Part shown: positions 1 through 11,600 of the stretch, one piece after another
How positions within the stretch are numbered: position 1 is the stretch's first letter
Layout: each line of letters begins with the position of its first letter
Assembly (NCBI GenBank): GCA_043228905.1
Contig: JBHGNT010000017.1
Coordinates: 12,338,001-12,402,000 of the forward strand
DNA length: 64,000 nucleotides
Direction of reading: 5' to 3'
Source: Azolla caroliniana
Lineage: Eukaryota > Plantae > Polypodiophyta
Program-made: the position numbers and the translations under genes
The notes under the pieces: model-generated
What the model saw: the letters and a program-made list of their open reading frames with translations, nothing else
The model's database searches: none
Told to the model about the DNA's origin: nothing

Positions 1-1414
1 GTACGCCTTGACTAAGCGACGATCCTTTTCTTTTCTGGCTCTCTCAAGATGTGCAAGGAAGGATGTCAGGAAATCGTGTATATCCTTAACTTCTCCTGGT
101 TTCTTGCCATGACACGGTTTCTAATAGAAGCAATAAGACATCAAGGATTATTACACAACCTCTACATATGAGGAAACTTTATGAAAAAGACCAATACTAA
201 CCTAATCCATGAATACAATAAAATACTTGGATAATCACTTACATGATGACGTTAGAGGATAATCCTCGGTCACTTGTTCCCAAGTTATACATCCAAGTTG
301 TTTGATCATAACTTCTTGGATCTTCATGTACACCTTATGACTGTGAAATTAGAAAACGAGATTAGAACTTTCGATTGCACCATATTGAATTCAATATCAC
401 TATTTGAAAGACTTATTTATTGAACTCAGTGACCATTTCTTCAAGGCTTAAATCTTTGGCCACTGTTACACACAGTGCTCGGCCACAACCGAGGAATAGG
501 ATCAACTCACAGAAAACAGGAAATACAAAATGCACGAAGACAATAGAGAGAAGAGTACACAGGATATTTTACGTGGAAAACCCTAAATGGGAAAAACCAC
601 GGGAGTCCTCAAACTCCAACTATCACTATGAACAGAGATGTACAATGGTGAAGCTACAAGGCAACAACCTTGAGCTCACTGTCTTCGCCACAGTCGGCGG
701 TAATACACAGAGGCAACGACCTCTTCGTCTCTCTCTCTATCTCTCTCTCGGCTGCTCTCTTCACTCCCTCTAAGTGAACACAGAAAATATGAGCAACAAC
801 ATCAACTGTTTGCCCTAAGTCATATTTATACACATATGACTTTCGGGCTATTTACAAATATAGCCTCAAGGGCCCTTGGCAAACATATTCACAAATATGT
901 CCCCGCATCCGGATCTCTCTCCGGGTACATTCATCATCCGGCTCCGTAGCCGGGATCTTCATCATCCGGCTCCGTAGCCGGGTACTCTTCATCCTCCGGT
1001 ACCGTAACCGCAACCGGGCTTGCCGTCATTCATCTCCGGACATCCCATCCGGAGGGACCGAAATCCCAACAGGCCACAACCCTTGACAAAACAGACGCAA
1101 GAAGCTGCTCCTCAATACCTTGCATCTCTCTCCACGGAGACAAATTCATGTCGTCAATCGCTTCTTCAATTGTCAAATCAATTTTCTTGGCTGCTTGTGA
1201 TTTTAATTCTAGCTGAGGGTTCCTGTATAAAACCCCCACTTTAAACAGGAACTCGATGCGGCGAATCGCGTTCCCCATGATAATAGAGACCTCTAGAAAG
1301 GAACTCGATACCCTATATCTAGTTCTAGCGATTGAAAAACATATTTTAAAAAAAAGTGTCTCTACAGTTAGGTGCTTACTTGGTATCTTGGTACTCACTC
1401 TTCTTAGAAGACAT
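1..1414 (-). pseudogene. Degraded spliced gene of unknown function, interrupted by a solo LTR and running off the left window edge
   Basis: TATAAAAAGG on - at 1530-1521 and ATG at 1414. Intron 1398-1293 is GTGAGT...TTCTAG. Exon 2 (1292-417) reads through once LTR 464-1071 and one TSD are removed (...LSRVVA|KDLSLEEMVTEFN). The next donor reads ATAAGT (probably mutated GTAAGT), acceptor TTTCACAG at 341, exon 340-243 (HKVYMKIQEVMIKQLGCITWEQVTEDYPLTSS), donor GTAAGT at 242. The frame of the last exon is ambiguous. Confidence 0.55.
464..1071 (-). mobile_element. Ty1/copia solo LTR, same family group as element E
   Basis: TG...CA termini. The reverse complement resembles LTR 34634-35249 (TGTTGGGATT.., TATAAATATGACTTAGGGCAA, CCCGTGGTTTTTCCC, CTCGGTTGTGGCCGAG). 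Flanked by GGCCAC at 458-463 and 1072-1077. Confidence 0.9.
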
Positions 1415-1588
1415 GATTGCCGTGGTAGATGCTAACGGGGAGATGATGATTGGTGATGCGTGCTTTGGGCTCTATGTGCTTCTGTTCTACGCGTGAGTGA
1501 TCGCGAAATCAGGGGGTCTTCCTTTTTATAGGGATTGACCACTGTGGTTAAAGTAACCACAATTACTTTAACCATGGTTGGTAAGCGT

Positions 1589-2412
1589 TAGGGCCTAAAT
1601 GTGACGGGTTAGTATAAAAGTTTTTTGACAGGCATTTTTTAAAGATGTATGTCATTAGACACAAGAGTGCAAAAACTAAGAAGTCATTTGACATACAAAT
1701 TTTAATAATGAATCTTTTATATGATGCTTTACCAATTTTAATAATGAAAGTTCTATATGATGTTTCATTGTTATACATTACATTACTATAGAAAGTGCAC
1801 AAAGATGCACAAATAAACATAACTACCTCATAAAGATAATGAAATACATAAAATTAATATCGTGTTAATGTTTTTACTAATAAGTATGAAAAAAAAGGTT
1901 AGTAAAAATTTAGTTTTAACTTGATATTTTATGTAAGTAAAAAAATTTAGTTTTAACTTAAAACTTAAAACATTAAAATCAAACTTAGAGTTATACACTC
2001 TTAAAGTATTTATTTAATGAAGGTTATTGCTTAAAATTTCAATCAAATTTAAAATAATATTCCTAGTAAAGAAATTAAGAATAAATATTTGAGAATATAT
2101 ACCATTATTACATGATAATGATATTATTTTAAAAACATATAATTTTTTGGAAAAAAACTATATAGTATTAATATATTATAATACACACTTCATATCTATA
2201 ATAAGTGACATATGTATATGTATTTAATATATATGACATGGAAAATACAATTTTAACATGTCATTTGACATGCATAATTTGTAGGGGCCTTTCGCATGAA
2301 AAATGGATATTTAAATTTTATATGTCACTTGACAGGCACTTTTATTATGTGTATGTTTTTGACGGGCAAAATGGCCTTCGACGGGCATGACACCCGTCAA
2401 ATTCCTACCCTA
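1589..2412. mobile_element. Non-autonomous hAT-like DNA transposon (MITE-like)
   Basis: TAGGG...CCCTA termini with an imperfect 20-bp TIR (TAGGGCCTAAATGTGACGGG vs TAGGGTAGGAATTTGACGGG), degenerate 8-bp TSD GTAAGCGT/GTAATTGT, subterminal TGACRGG repeats and an AT-rich non-coding interior. Confidence 0.6.
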
Positions 2413-2648
2413 GTAATTGTCAGATTAGTTAGTTAGACCTAAGAGAGAGTTTTTTTGACCTTAATACACTTAATGTAGTACATAATCTTGAATGTACCAA
2501 TTATTGGATATTGAAACCAATATAATGATGACTCTCTAATGGCTTTTAATTAAATGATGTTCATGAATGAATAAATGATTAAATACTTAAACTAACGTAT
2601 GAATGATTATTTTGTATTTTTGATTGCCTTTAAAAGTATAAATAAAAC

Positions 2649-2900
2649 AATGATTGAATAGTCTAACCAAAATATTTATGACTCTCTAATGTGCATTATT
2701 AAGTATGAAGTTCATGAATGAACCAATGATTGAATAGTCTAACTAAAATATTTATGACTCTCTAATGTGCATTATTAAGTATGAAGTTCATGAATGAACC
2801 AATGATTGAATAGTCTAACTAAAATATTTATGACTCTCTAATGTTTTGTATTAAAGATGATGGCCATGAATGAACCAATGATTCAGAAGTTCTATATTAA
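2649..2900. repeat. 76-bp tandem repeat, about 3.3 copies plus degenerate flanking copies
   Basis: AATGATTGAATAGTCTAAC...CATGAATGAACC units start at 2649, 2725, 2801 and 2877. Confidence 0.85.
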
Positions 2901-3656
2901 ATATGGGTGCCATAAATGAACCAATAATTTTAAACTTAAACCAACGTATATATGGCTTTGTAATGATTGTAAATATATACAATATGTATATAAAAATTGA
3001 ATATATATAATATATGTATACTATATAGTTAATGTTTAGGAGTACCAAGTAAGCCTACATGTGGAGAATATTATTACCCTAATGATTGGGATTAAACTTA
3101 CATATTTTTGCCTCCATATATTTAGTAATATTATACTTGATAGATAAAGTAAATTTAATTTAAATTATATACTATAGGATTAATAAGGTCTAAAATATAA
3201 TTGATGGACTTTATACTGACTAGTTTAGTAGTTATTAATTTGTTGTTTAAAATTATTATATTAAAAATAATATCTTTCTTTATTGTATTATTATAATATT
3301 AAATAATATAGACATTATATTGAGGGAACTTATGTTTAGAGAGGAGTTTATGTTTAGAGAGGAGCTTATCATTTTTTATATTAGCCCAAGCACATAACTT
3401 GAAGAGCTTTGTGTTGTCGCGAAGATTCGCGCGTGCGTGTGCTACTCGAGTGACCACTGGGGGCTTGGACTGGAGAGAACGTTCGCGGAATTATCGAAGA
3501 GATGACGATCAATGTAAGATTGGATGAAATTTGTTCACTTGAGAAAAAGAAAGATTGTACACATGAGAAGTAGAAAAATATGAAGAAGATAAAGCCGAAT
3601 ATAATTATATTGATGATAGTGGTGTTGGTGATACCCTTTACACAAGTTCCACTAGG

Positions 3657-3977
3657 GTTTTTATAGCTCTCTTCATGCACAAAACCATGGGTTTAGAACC
3701 ATGGTTTTGGGGACACGATTTTGCTTATGACATGCAAAATCCATGGGTTTAGAACCATGGTTTTGTGCACATGGTTTTCTATGGTTGTTTCGTCTATAAT
3801 TCGTATATGAAAAGGAAATACATAAAATCTATATTATATGATAGTTGTCCTAGTGGTAAGGCAAACCTCTTGTATCTTAGAGGTGCAAGGTTCAAACCTT
3901 GCTTGCACCCCTTTGTATGAACTCAAGTGCCACTAGGCCTTAGGTTAGGCTTATTTGCTAAGTGCATGTGCAATGTT
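3657..3977 (+). repeat. Direct repeat, copy 1 (contains a tRNA-like cassette)
   Basis: Aligns with 5768-6028 from GTTTTTATA to GCAATGTT. This copy carries an extra internal CCATGGGTTTAGAACCATGG duplication. Confidence 0.85.
3838..3910 (+). ncRNA. tRNA-derived Pol III promoter-like cassette (second copy about 5893-5965)
   Basis: A-box-like TGTCCTAGTGGTAAGG, B box GGTTCAAACC within the T-arm-like hairpin GCAAGG-TTCAAA-CCTTGC. No convincing full cloverleaf. Confidence 0.55.
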
Positions 3978-5767
3978 GCACATCTTTGGTTTTTTCGTCT
4001 CACTCGGTTTCACACCGTAGCCAAAAATCGTCACGACATCCACCCCCACCAAACCTGCATATCCTCTGGTATGTGTCGAGAAAGGTGAAGAGGTGAGATC
4101 TTTGGCGACGGTGATCAACCGAGTTCATCCACACGCTCGTCTGACTTCGTCTTCCAGTTCGAGTATATGCCCAATCTTTCCAACCGAACCACCGTAGCCA
4201 CCCAATCCACCATATTCGGCGCTCACACCTTCTTCCCCGGTCGGTTGTAGTAGATCTACCGAACGATGTCGTCGATCCGACCGCTCTTCCTTCATCCACC
4301 GCGCGTGTCCTTCGATTGGACTCCTGGCCACTCACACTCACCGTCTTCAACTAGGTATTGTGGATCGTTCGTGTTGATCTCCGATTAGGCCGGGTTTGCC
4401 CTTGTCCAGATCGGTCTCCGCCGATCACGTCTCGGCTCAGTTGACCTTCGTCTGCATTCGCATTTCGCCGAGTCGGGCTCGACTGATTGATTCCGGCCGG
4501 CTCGGCCACCTTTTGGATCGGGATTGTCTGATCGATTTCTGCTGAATCAGGTTTCGGCCGGGTCGGCCCCGGTCAATTGGCTCCCATTTGGATCTTCCTT
4601 CGTTCGGGTCGGAATCCCGGATGGATCGTCTTTTGGTTCGACCGGTTCTCAACTCTTCCTTCCTTCCCGCATGCCACCTCTCCATCGAACTCAACCGCGG
4701 CTTCATCCTTGGCCTCCTTGTCGGCAACATCCTTCCCTCCGTGTATGCTCACCTCGAGCCATATTGTTTCCTCTTTGCCACCTCCTTTATCTTCGGTCTT
4801 ATGTCAACACACGGTCTTGACTGTTGAAGTCTCCGGAACCGGTGTGAAGGAATCCCTTCGTTCATGCACATTTACCTTGTCTTCCTCATCACCCTTCCGG
4901 TCCTCCGCTTTTCCGTCGACACATTCCGTCTCTCCGGTCTCACATTGGCGCACGTGCACAACCACCGCCGAAGTCTCTAGAATAGGTGTGGGGATATCCT
5001 TTCGTCCTCGATCTTTTTCCTCCTTGTGTTGGGCCTTCATTTTCCTGTCACCACCTTCCGTCTCTCTAGACTCCCGTTGGCACACGGGCGCAACTGCCGA
5101 AGTCTCTGGAACAAGTGTGGAGAAAGTCTCGACATGGCTATCCGCTGTCGACTCGTCCATTGCCACCGTTGACTCGATGTCGTTTGTCATGGCTACCCCC
5201 TCAAACACGTCGGACTCAAACACTTTATCTCCCTCGATCATGCAAGATTTTCTCATGCTTGCACCTTCATCACCCGATGTTTCGTACACAATGCGTGTTT
5301 TGAAACATTTATACTCCCTCGAAGTGGCGTTCACCATCCTCGAGTCATCGGCCTCCTCCATGGCCGTCGTTTCTTTGTAAGACACAAAGGTGACTTGTTT
5401 CGCACCTTCTCTCTCGGTACCCTCATACCGAACCTGAGCCTTTGTATCGGCCACTTCATTAACCCGCATTTGTTGGGAGGTCTCTTCTTCCTTGATCACC
5501 ATTCGCCTCGGTTTTGTCTCCCTTTTAAGCTTCATTTCTTTTGTTGGTGGCGCGTTGCTACATCTCGTCCCTCTTCGATCGTCCCTCATGGGCCGTCTTG
5601 TTGTCGTCGATATTCTTGCTCGCCCCTTATCGTGTAGTCGGCATACACTTTCCACTTTGCTCCAATCCTCGATGAGGCCATTTGCACCGTCATCTTCTTC
5701 GAGTTTGAGGCCGATGGCCATTCTTTCAATTTGATCGATTGACTTCACGAACATGGTTTAGAACGTC
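3978..5767 (-). mobile_element. GC-rich degraded retroelement-like fragment between the direct repeats, including a 316-aa charged low-complexity ORF (4804-5754)
   Basis: Abrupt GC shift. The ORF has an internal repeat (PETSAVAPV/LETSAVVVH/PETSTVKTV). Degraded Ty3/gypsy RNase H-like words (TIQYLV; IYYNRPGKK...DW) occur near 4200-4370. Confidence 0.4.
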
Positions 5768-6028
5768 GTTTTTATACCTCTCTTCATGCACAAAACCATG
5801 GGTTTAGAACCATGGTTTTGTGCACATGGTTTTCTATGGTTGTTTCGATTATAATTCATATATGAAAAGGAAATACATACAATTTACACTATATAATAGT
5901 TGTCTTAGTGGTAAGGCAAACATGTTGTATCTTAGAGGTGCAAGGTTCAAACCTTGCTTGCACCCCTCTGTATGAACTCAAGTGCCACTAGGCACTTAGG
6001 CTTATTTGCTAAGTGCATGTGCAATGTT
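5768..6028 (+). repeat. Direct repeat, copy 2 (contains a tRNA-like cassette)
   Basis: Aligns with 3657-3977. Confidence 0.85.
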
Positions 6029-6033
6029 AACCC

Positions 6034-6997
6034 ATGAGTGAAGACTCACCGTTCTCGATTGAAGAATATTGTTTGTCATCAAACTCTTCGTTTTCTATTG
6101 AGAGTATTCTCTGTCGACCGACTCACCACTTTTTATCGAAGAATATTGTCTGTCGACATACTCACCCATTTCTATCGAAGAGTACTGTCTAAGCTCATCT
6201 TCACCTAAAACACATGTTAATAATAACACATGTGAAGAGTTCTCTATTGAAGAATACAATATTAATAAAGATACAGAGAATGAAGGTAGTGCCAATGAAA
6301 CATCGAACATAATGGGCGATGATGACAACAAATAACTGGATTGTAACAAGGTTACCCCAACTTCTATGCAGGAAGAGAAATCTGGAAGCCCTATGCATAT
6401 TAGAAGAATCCCACGTAGAATTCGTCTGGCCAGATTTAATTTCGTGACATCAGATAAGAAGATTGGCTTTGATGTCAACAAAACATGTTGTGCCCGTGGT
6501 TGTATGTCTATGGTTGGAAAATCAAAGTTGCGAGAATTAAGGTGATACTATTTTTCGATGACTGGTGATGAGCAAGACACATACCTTGGCTCACATATGC
6601 AACTAGTGTTTGACAAATGTACGAGGATCAAAGTATCATTCGAGTATTATATCTTCCATGGTTCAATAGATCTGTAGAGTTTCCTTCAAAATTATGCTAT
6701 GTGTTAGTAACATGCGGCTACATAGAGTACAACAACATCTACTTAGCGGGGATTAGATACTCAATTGTAAAGAGGTTCCAGGTTCGAAGTACGAAATGTG
6801 CAATTGGAAGACATGCTATTGGTTGGATGAAAAGTTACTTTTAGTTAAATTGTGACGTAATGCGCACTACAGATAGGATGCACCTCTCTGATAATTACAT
6901 ATGTCGGGAAGTTTATGATGTCTATCGATCAAATATGGTGGGCTCAAGTAATAAATCTGTCACATATAGCCAATTCACAAGATTATGGAGAGCTCGG
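6034..6997 (+). pseudogene. Sola1/DUF7869-like transposase, N-terminal part
   Basis: ATG at 6034, 13-aa tandem repeats (DSPFSIEEYCLS), CCARGC cysteine motif. YSQFTRLWRAR continues across element A into WSNFIIPRKVRMGYCSIC. Contains stops and frameshifts. Confidence 0.7.
6043..6197 (+). repeat. 39-bp coding tandem repeat, 4 copies
   Basis: Units start at 6043, 6082, 6120 and 6159 (GACTCACC...TCGAAGAATATTGTCTGTC). Confidence 0.8.
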
Positions 6998-7001
6998 TGT
7001 C

Positions 7002-7073
7002 ATGATATGACAAGACTCGAACCCATGACCTTGTGCTACATGGGTTGAGCTCTTACCATTAGACTATGAATTG
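7002..7073 (-). ncRNA. tRNA-derived cassette in the family-1 LTR (also about 12184-12255 on -; about 19757-19820 and 42477-42548 on +)
   Basis: On -: TAGTCTAATGG (7066-7056), then AAGGTC ATG GGTTCGAGTC (7023-7014), at tRNA-like spacing. Confidence 0.7.
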
Positions 7074-7484
7074 TAATTTGTAGAATATTATTTTCATTTA
7101 TGCTTTATCATAGAAAATTGATGTATATTACAGATCTCTCTGGAACATTCTAGAAGCTTCAGGATTATTCCTAAAAACACTATAAAAGGAGGCACAAGGC
7201 ATTGTTTTGAACCAAATTGGTTCAACACCAGTCTTAAGCCTCTTAGCCGATTTGTACTTATCTTTCATATAATATAAGAGCTGCTTTCATCATTCTATCT
7301 CTCTCTCTACTCTTCTCACTTTCTCTCTCTCGGGAATCTTACGCAGTCCCGTCCTTTAGTACTACTCTTCTTAGTACTAATTCCATCTCTGCTTTAGTAC
7401 TATTCCTGACAGTTTGAACCAATTTTCTCTTTCCTCCAGCCTACTTGTCGTTCTCCCTCATCCTCCTACCCTTTTCCCTCTACT

Positions 7485-8642
7485 ATGGCTACTGTTAGCG
7501 CCCAAGAATATCAATCCGTTTTCTCCGAGTTACAGTGCCTAAAAGAAAAGTTTGTTGCCCTGGAACAAGAAAACCAACGGCTGATAGGGGATCTGCAACA
7601 AATCGCTCTAGAAAAGCAACAAACACAGCAACAACATGGGGAGTTAGCGTTACGGGTGCAACAACTCGAAGCGGCATTGCAACAACAAGGATCAAGTCCC
7701 CAAGGATTTCATAAAGAGCCGAAGATTGGACTTCCTGTGAAATTTGATGGAACGCGATCGCAATTCAGGGGATTCCTTAATCAAGTATGATTAGTCCTCC
7801 AAATGCATCCTTCCTGATACTCCACTGATGCATCCCGAGTCGGCTTAATAGGCACGTTGCTTAGCGGCTCAGCCTTAGCATGGTTTGCTCCGCTTCTAGA
7901 AAAACAATCGCCCTTGCTTAGTAACTTTGAAGATTTTATTAGTGAGTTCAAAGCCTACTTTGGAGACACCGACAACATCAGGACGGCGATCAACAAAATC
8001 CGGCGATTGCGTCAAGGCGATCGTCCAGCCTTTGCCTACGCGACGGATTTCCGCCAACTCGCTTTCGACATACCCTGGGATGATCAAGCACTAATGGAGC
8101 AGTTTCGCTATGGCCTGCGAAATGATGTCAAAGATCTACTTCTAACCTTCCCCGAAGAACCAAAGTCTCTTACGGAGGCAATCAGTCGAGTGGTCCGATG
8201 TGACAATTGCCTCTTCGAATGGCATTCGGAACGTCAATTACAGATACCACGCGCTAGGCCGGAGCCCACTTACGCCGCAGTCGCGGCTAGACCGTTTGCA
8301 CGAGACATACCTCAAGCAAATAATTCGACACCGATGGAGATCGATACCATGCGTCGACGTGGCCCGTTATCGGAAGAAGAAAAGCAACGACGACGTGCAA
8401 ATCGATTATGTCTTTATTGCGGTGGACCAGGGCATATCGCAATCAATTGTCCCCATAGGCCAAGAAGACAGGTAAATCAAATTGTAGCCTGTACTAAACC
8501 TGAGTCAATTCTTCCCTTAGGAGTGTTTGATAGTATTAATAGTACTAATAGAGTGTTTGATAGTACTCATAGAACTAATAGCCCAAGTATCTCAAATAAA
8601 TTTGAAATCCTTAGTCAATTAGATGAAGAGTTAAATGATTGA
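7485..8642 (+). pseudogene. gag of element A (two in-frame TGA stops)
   Basis: Coiled coil, EPKIGLPVKFDGTRSQFRGFLNQ, LRQG..A..YA..F, PMEID and zinc knuckle CLYCGGPGHIAINC. Confidence 0.9.
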
Positions 8643-11600
8643 GTCCAGCCAAAATAGGAGCCGTTTGGTTGGACAACAGCCCTAGATCTGTACAGCCCAT
8701 TAGTGGTTCCATTCCTTCCAAGCAAGTTAGCAATGTGTTCCTAGCCCAAGTCATTGTTAGTACTAAAAGTACTCCCCTAGTACCCATCCTAGCACTTTTA
8801 GATTCCGGAGCTAATTCCTGTTTCATGGATCGAAATTTTGCCCAAGCTTCTCAGATATCCTTAAGAAAACTTCCTTGTCCCGCATCTGTAGTAGTCATTG
8901 ATGGTCGTCCCATTGCTTCAGGGAATATTGTAGAAGAATCAGAACCCATTCAAGTTGTCCAAGGTAGTTTTGTGTGTGTAATATCATTTAATATAATTAG
9001 TAGTCCAGAGCATCCCATTGTCCTAGGATTACCTTGGTTTGAATTACATAATCCAGCCATAGATTGGAGAACAAGAGAAGTCCGATATCGACCACCCCAA
9101 GAATCAACTCACCAAGTTTCGACCATTTCACACCATCAACTACGTGAAGAAGGACCCAAGGAGGCAATGTTCCTATTTGCAATATCAGTACATCCTTCCA
9201 GCACTATTAAGAAGGACTCCTTAGTACAACTCCCAGCAAAATATCATCCTTATGCCGATGTATTTGACAAGGTAAAAGCCGGTACCCTTCCTCATAACCG
9301 TCCCTATGACTATCCCATCGATTTACAACCAGGAACCGAGCCACCTAGGGGGCCAATTTACAACTTGTCACCCACCGAGTTAGAAGTCCTTCGAGCCTAC
9401 ATAGAGGAGAACTTGGCAAGCGGGTTCATCCGCCATTCGAAATCTCCGGCCGGTGCACCCATCTTCTTTGTCAAGAAGAAAGATGGCTCACTTCGTCTTG
9501 TCGTTGATTACCACGGATTGAATAAAGTCACCATCTGGAATAGGTATGCACTTCCTCTTATATCAAGTCTTTTAGAGCGAGTTAATGGTGCCAAGTTTTT
9601 TACTAAAATCAACCTACGAGGAGCGTATAACCTCGTGCGGATCCGACCGGGAGATGAGTGGAAGACCGCCTTTCGCACGTGGTATGAGCATTTCGAGTAT
9701 ACTGTTATGCCGTTTGGCCTGACCAATGCACCCGCAGTCTTCCAACACATGGCAAATGATATATTCAGAGACCTCTTGGATATCTGCTTGATCATTTATC
9801 TGGATGACCTATTGATCTATTCGAAGACCCAGGAAGAGCACGATTCTCATGTACTATTAGTACTAAAGCGACTCCGCGAGAATGGTCTTTATGCCAAGCT
9901 AGAAAAATGTAGCTTTGACTGCAAGCAAGTGGAATTTCTAGGCTACGTCATCTCCTCAAAGGGCATCGCCATGGATCCAGCTAAAATCCAAATTGTACTA
10001 GAGTGGCAAATTCCACGGTCGGTACGAGATGTACAATGTTTTCTAGGTTTTGCTAACTTCTACCGTAAGTTTATACAGGATTACTCGAAGATTATTTTAC
10101 CTCTCACACATCTTACGAAGAAGGGCCAAGCATTTCTTTGGTCCATAGAAGCAGTTATGGCTTTTCGGCATCTTAAGAAAGCCTTTACATCAGCACCGAT
10201 TCTAGCTCATGTGGATACAAGCAAACCATTCATCATGGAGGCCGACGCATCAGATTTCGCCCTCGGTAGCATCCTTTCTCAACAAGGCGATAAAGAAGAG
10301 TTGCATCCGGTGGCTTTCCATTCGCGCAAATTCGATGTCGCAGAAATCAACTACGAAATACATGACAAGGAGTTATTAGCCATCATGGATTCATTTTTAC
10401 AATGGCGGCATTTCTTAGAGGGCTCTCCACATCAGGTCATTGTCTTTAGCGATCATAAAAATCTTGCTGATTTTCAGAACACTCGCGTACTAAATCGACG
10501 GCAAGCTCGGTGGGCGCAATTCCTCACGCGTTTCGACTTCAAAATCACATATCGACCGGGGAAGCAGCAAGGAAAAGCAGATGCACTATCACGGCGTTCA
10601 TATCTTGCACCTCGGCCTGGTGATGCAACATTTGATAATCAAAAGCAAGTAATCTTGGGACCAACACGATTGCACACGACGTGGATTTTTCACACCCCGA
10701 TGGATTCACGGATTACCGATGACATACGTGCAACCTTGAAGATGGATAGTTTTGCTCAAGACATCCTGACGCACATTGATACTTCTCGGGCATCCTGTTC
10801 TCAGTCTCAACAACCAGGTATTGACTACTGACAATTCGAATATCATGATGGTTTGTTATTCTTTAAAAAGCACGTATATGTCCCCAATTGCTCTTGTCGC
10901 CTTCAAATCGTCCAACATTGTTACGACACCCATACGGCGGGACATTTCGGTAGTACTAAGACGTTGGAGCTAGTGCAACGATCTTTTTGGTGGCCCCACA
11001 TGTGCCGTTTTGTCGACGACTACGTTCGGACCTGTGATGCTTGCTGCTGAGCAAAGATGCTGGCTTGTTGGAACCCTTACCGATTCCAAGTGAGCCGTGG
11101 CAGTCTATTTGTCTTGATTTTATCACAGATCTACCGGTCTCGAAGGGGTTCGATGCTATCCTAACCGTCGTCGATCGATATACGAAGATGACACATTTTG
11201 TGCTGTGTACTAAAGCCATCACTAGCGAGGTATTTTGGCATCATGGCCTCCCAGACAGTATTATCAGTGACCGAGGCCCACAATTTGTCTCCAAATTTTG
11301 GCAGCATCTCTTCAAGATGCTCAAGGTCTCCTGCAACCTCTCCTCCGGCTACCATCCTCAGACCGACGGGCAGGCGGAACGAACAAACCAAATGCTAGAG
11401 CAATATCTCCGGTGTTTCCTGAGTTATCAACAGGACGATTGGGCCGAGATTCTCCACTTTGCGGAGTTTGCATATAATAATGCTATTCACTCCTCGACTC
11501 GGGTCTCCCCATTTTTCGCTTATACCGGTTTCCATCCTTGCTGGTCGGTGATCGACACTCCGGAGCTACCTACCAACCCTCGTGCCGAGGATCATTTGGA

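Noticed and set aside
2649-2900. CRISPR-like array
   Set aside because: The whole 76-bp unit repeats with no unique spacers, no cas genes are present and the context is eukaryotic.
3465-3650. Possible upstream exon of the transposase (acidic frame with three TGA that could be CGA)
   Set aside because: I could not find splice sites that join it in frame to 6034.
4577-5380. 267-aa Ser-rich + strand ORF and similar antisense ORFs (38123-38758, 54226-54750, 59382-59903)
   Set aside because: These are shadows of opposite-strand coding or GC-rich TE sequence.
11050-11062. Elements A and B both have integrase deletions beginning right after AAAGAYGC
   Set aside because: The deletion lengths differ and there are only two cases, so coincidence cannot be excluded.
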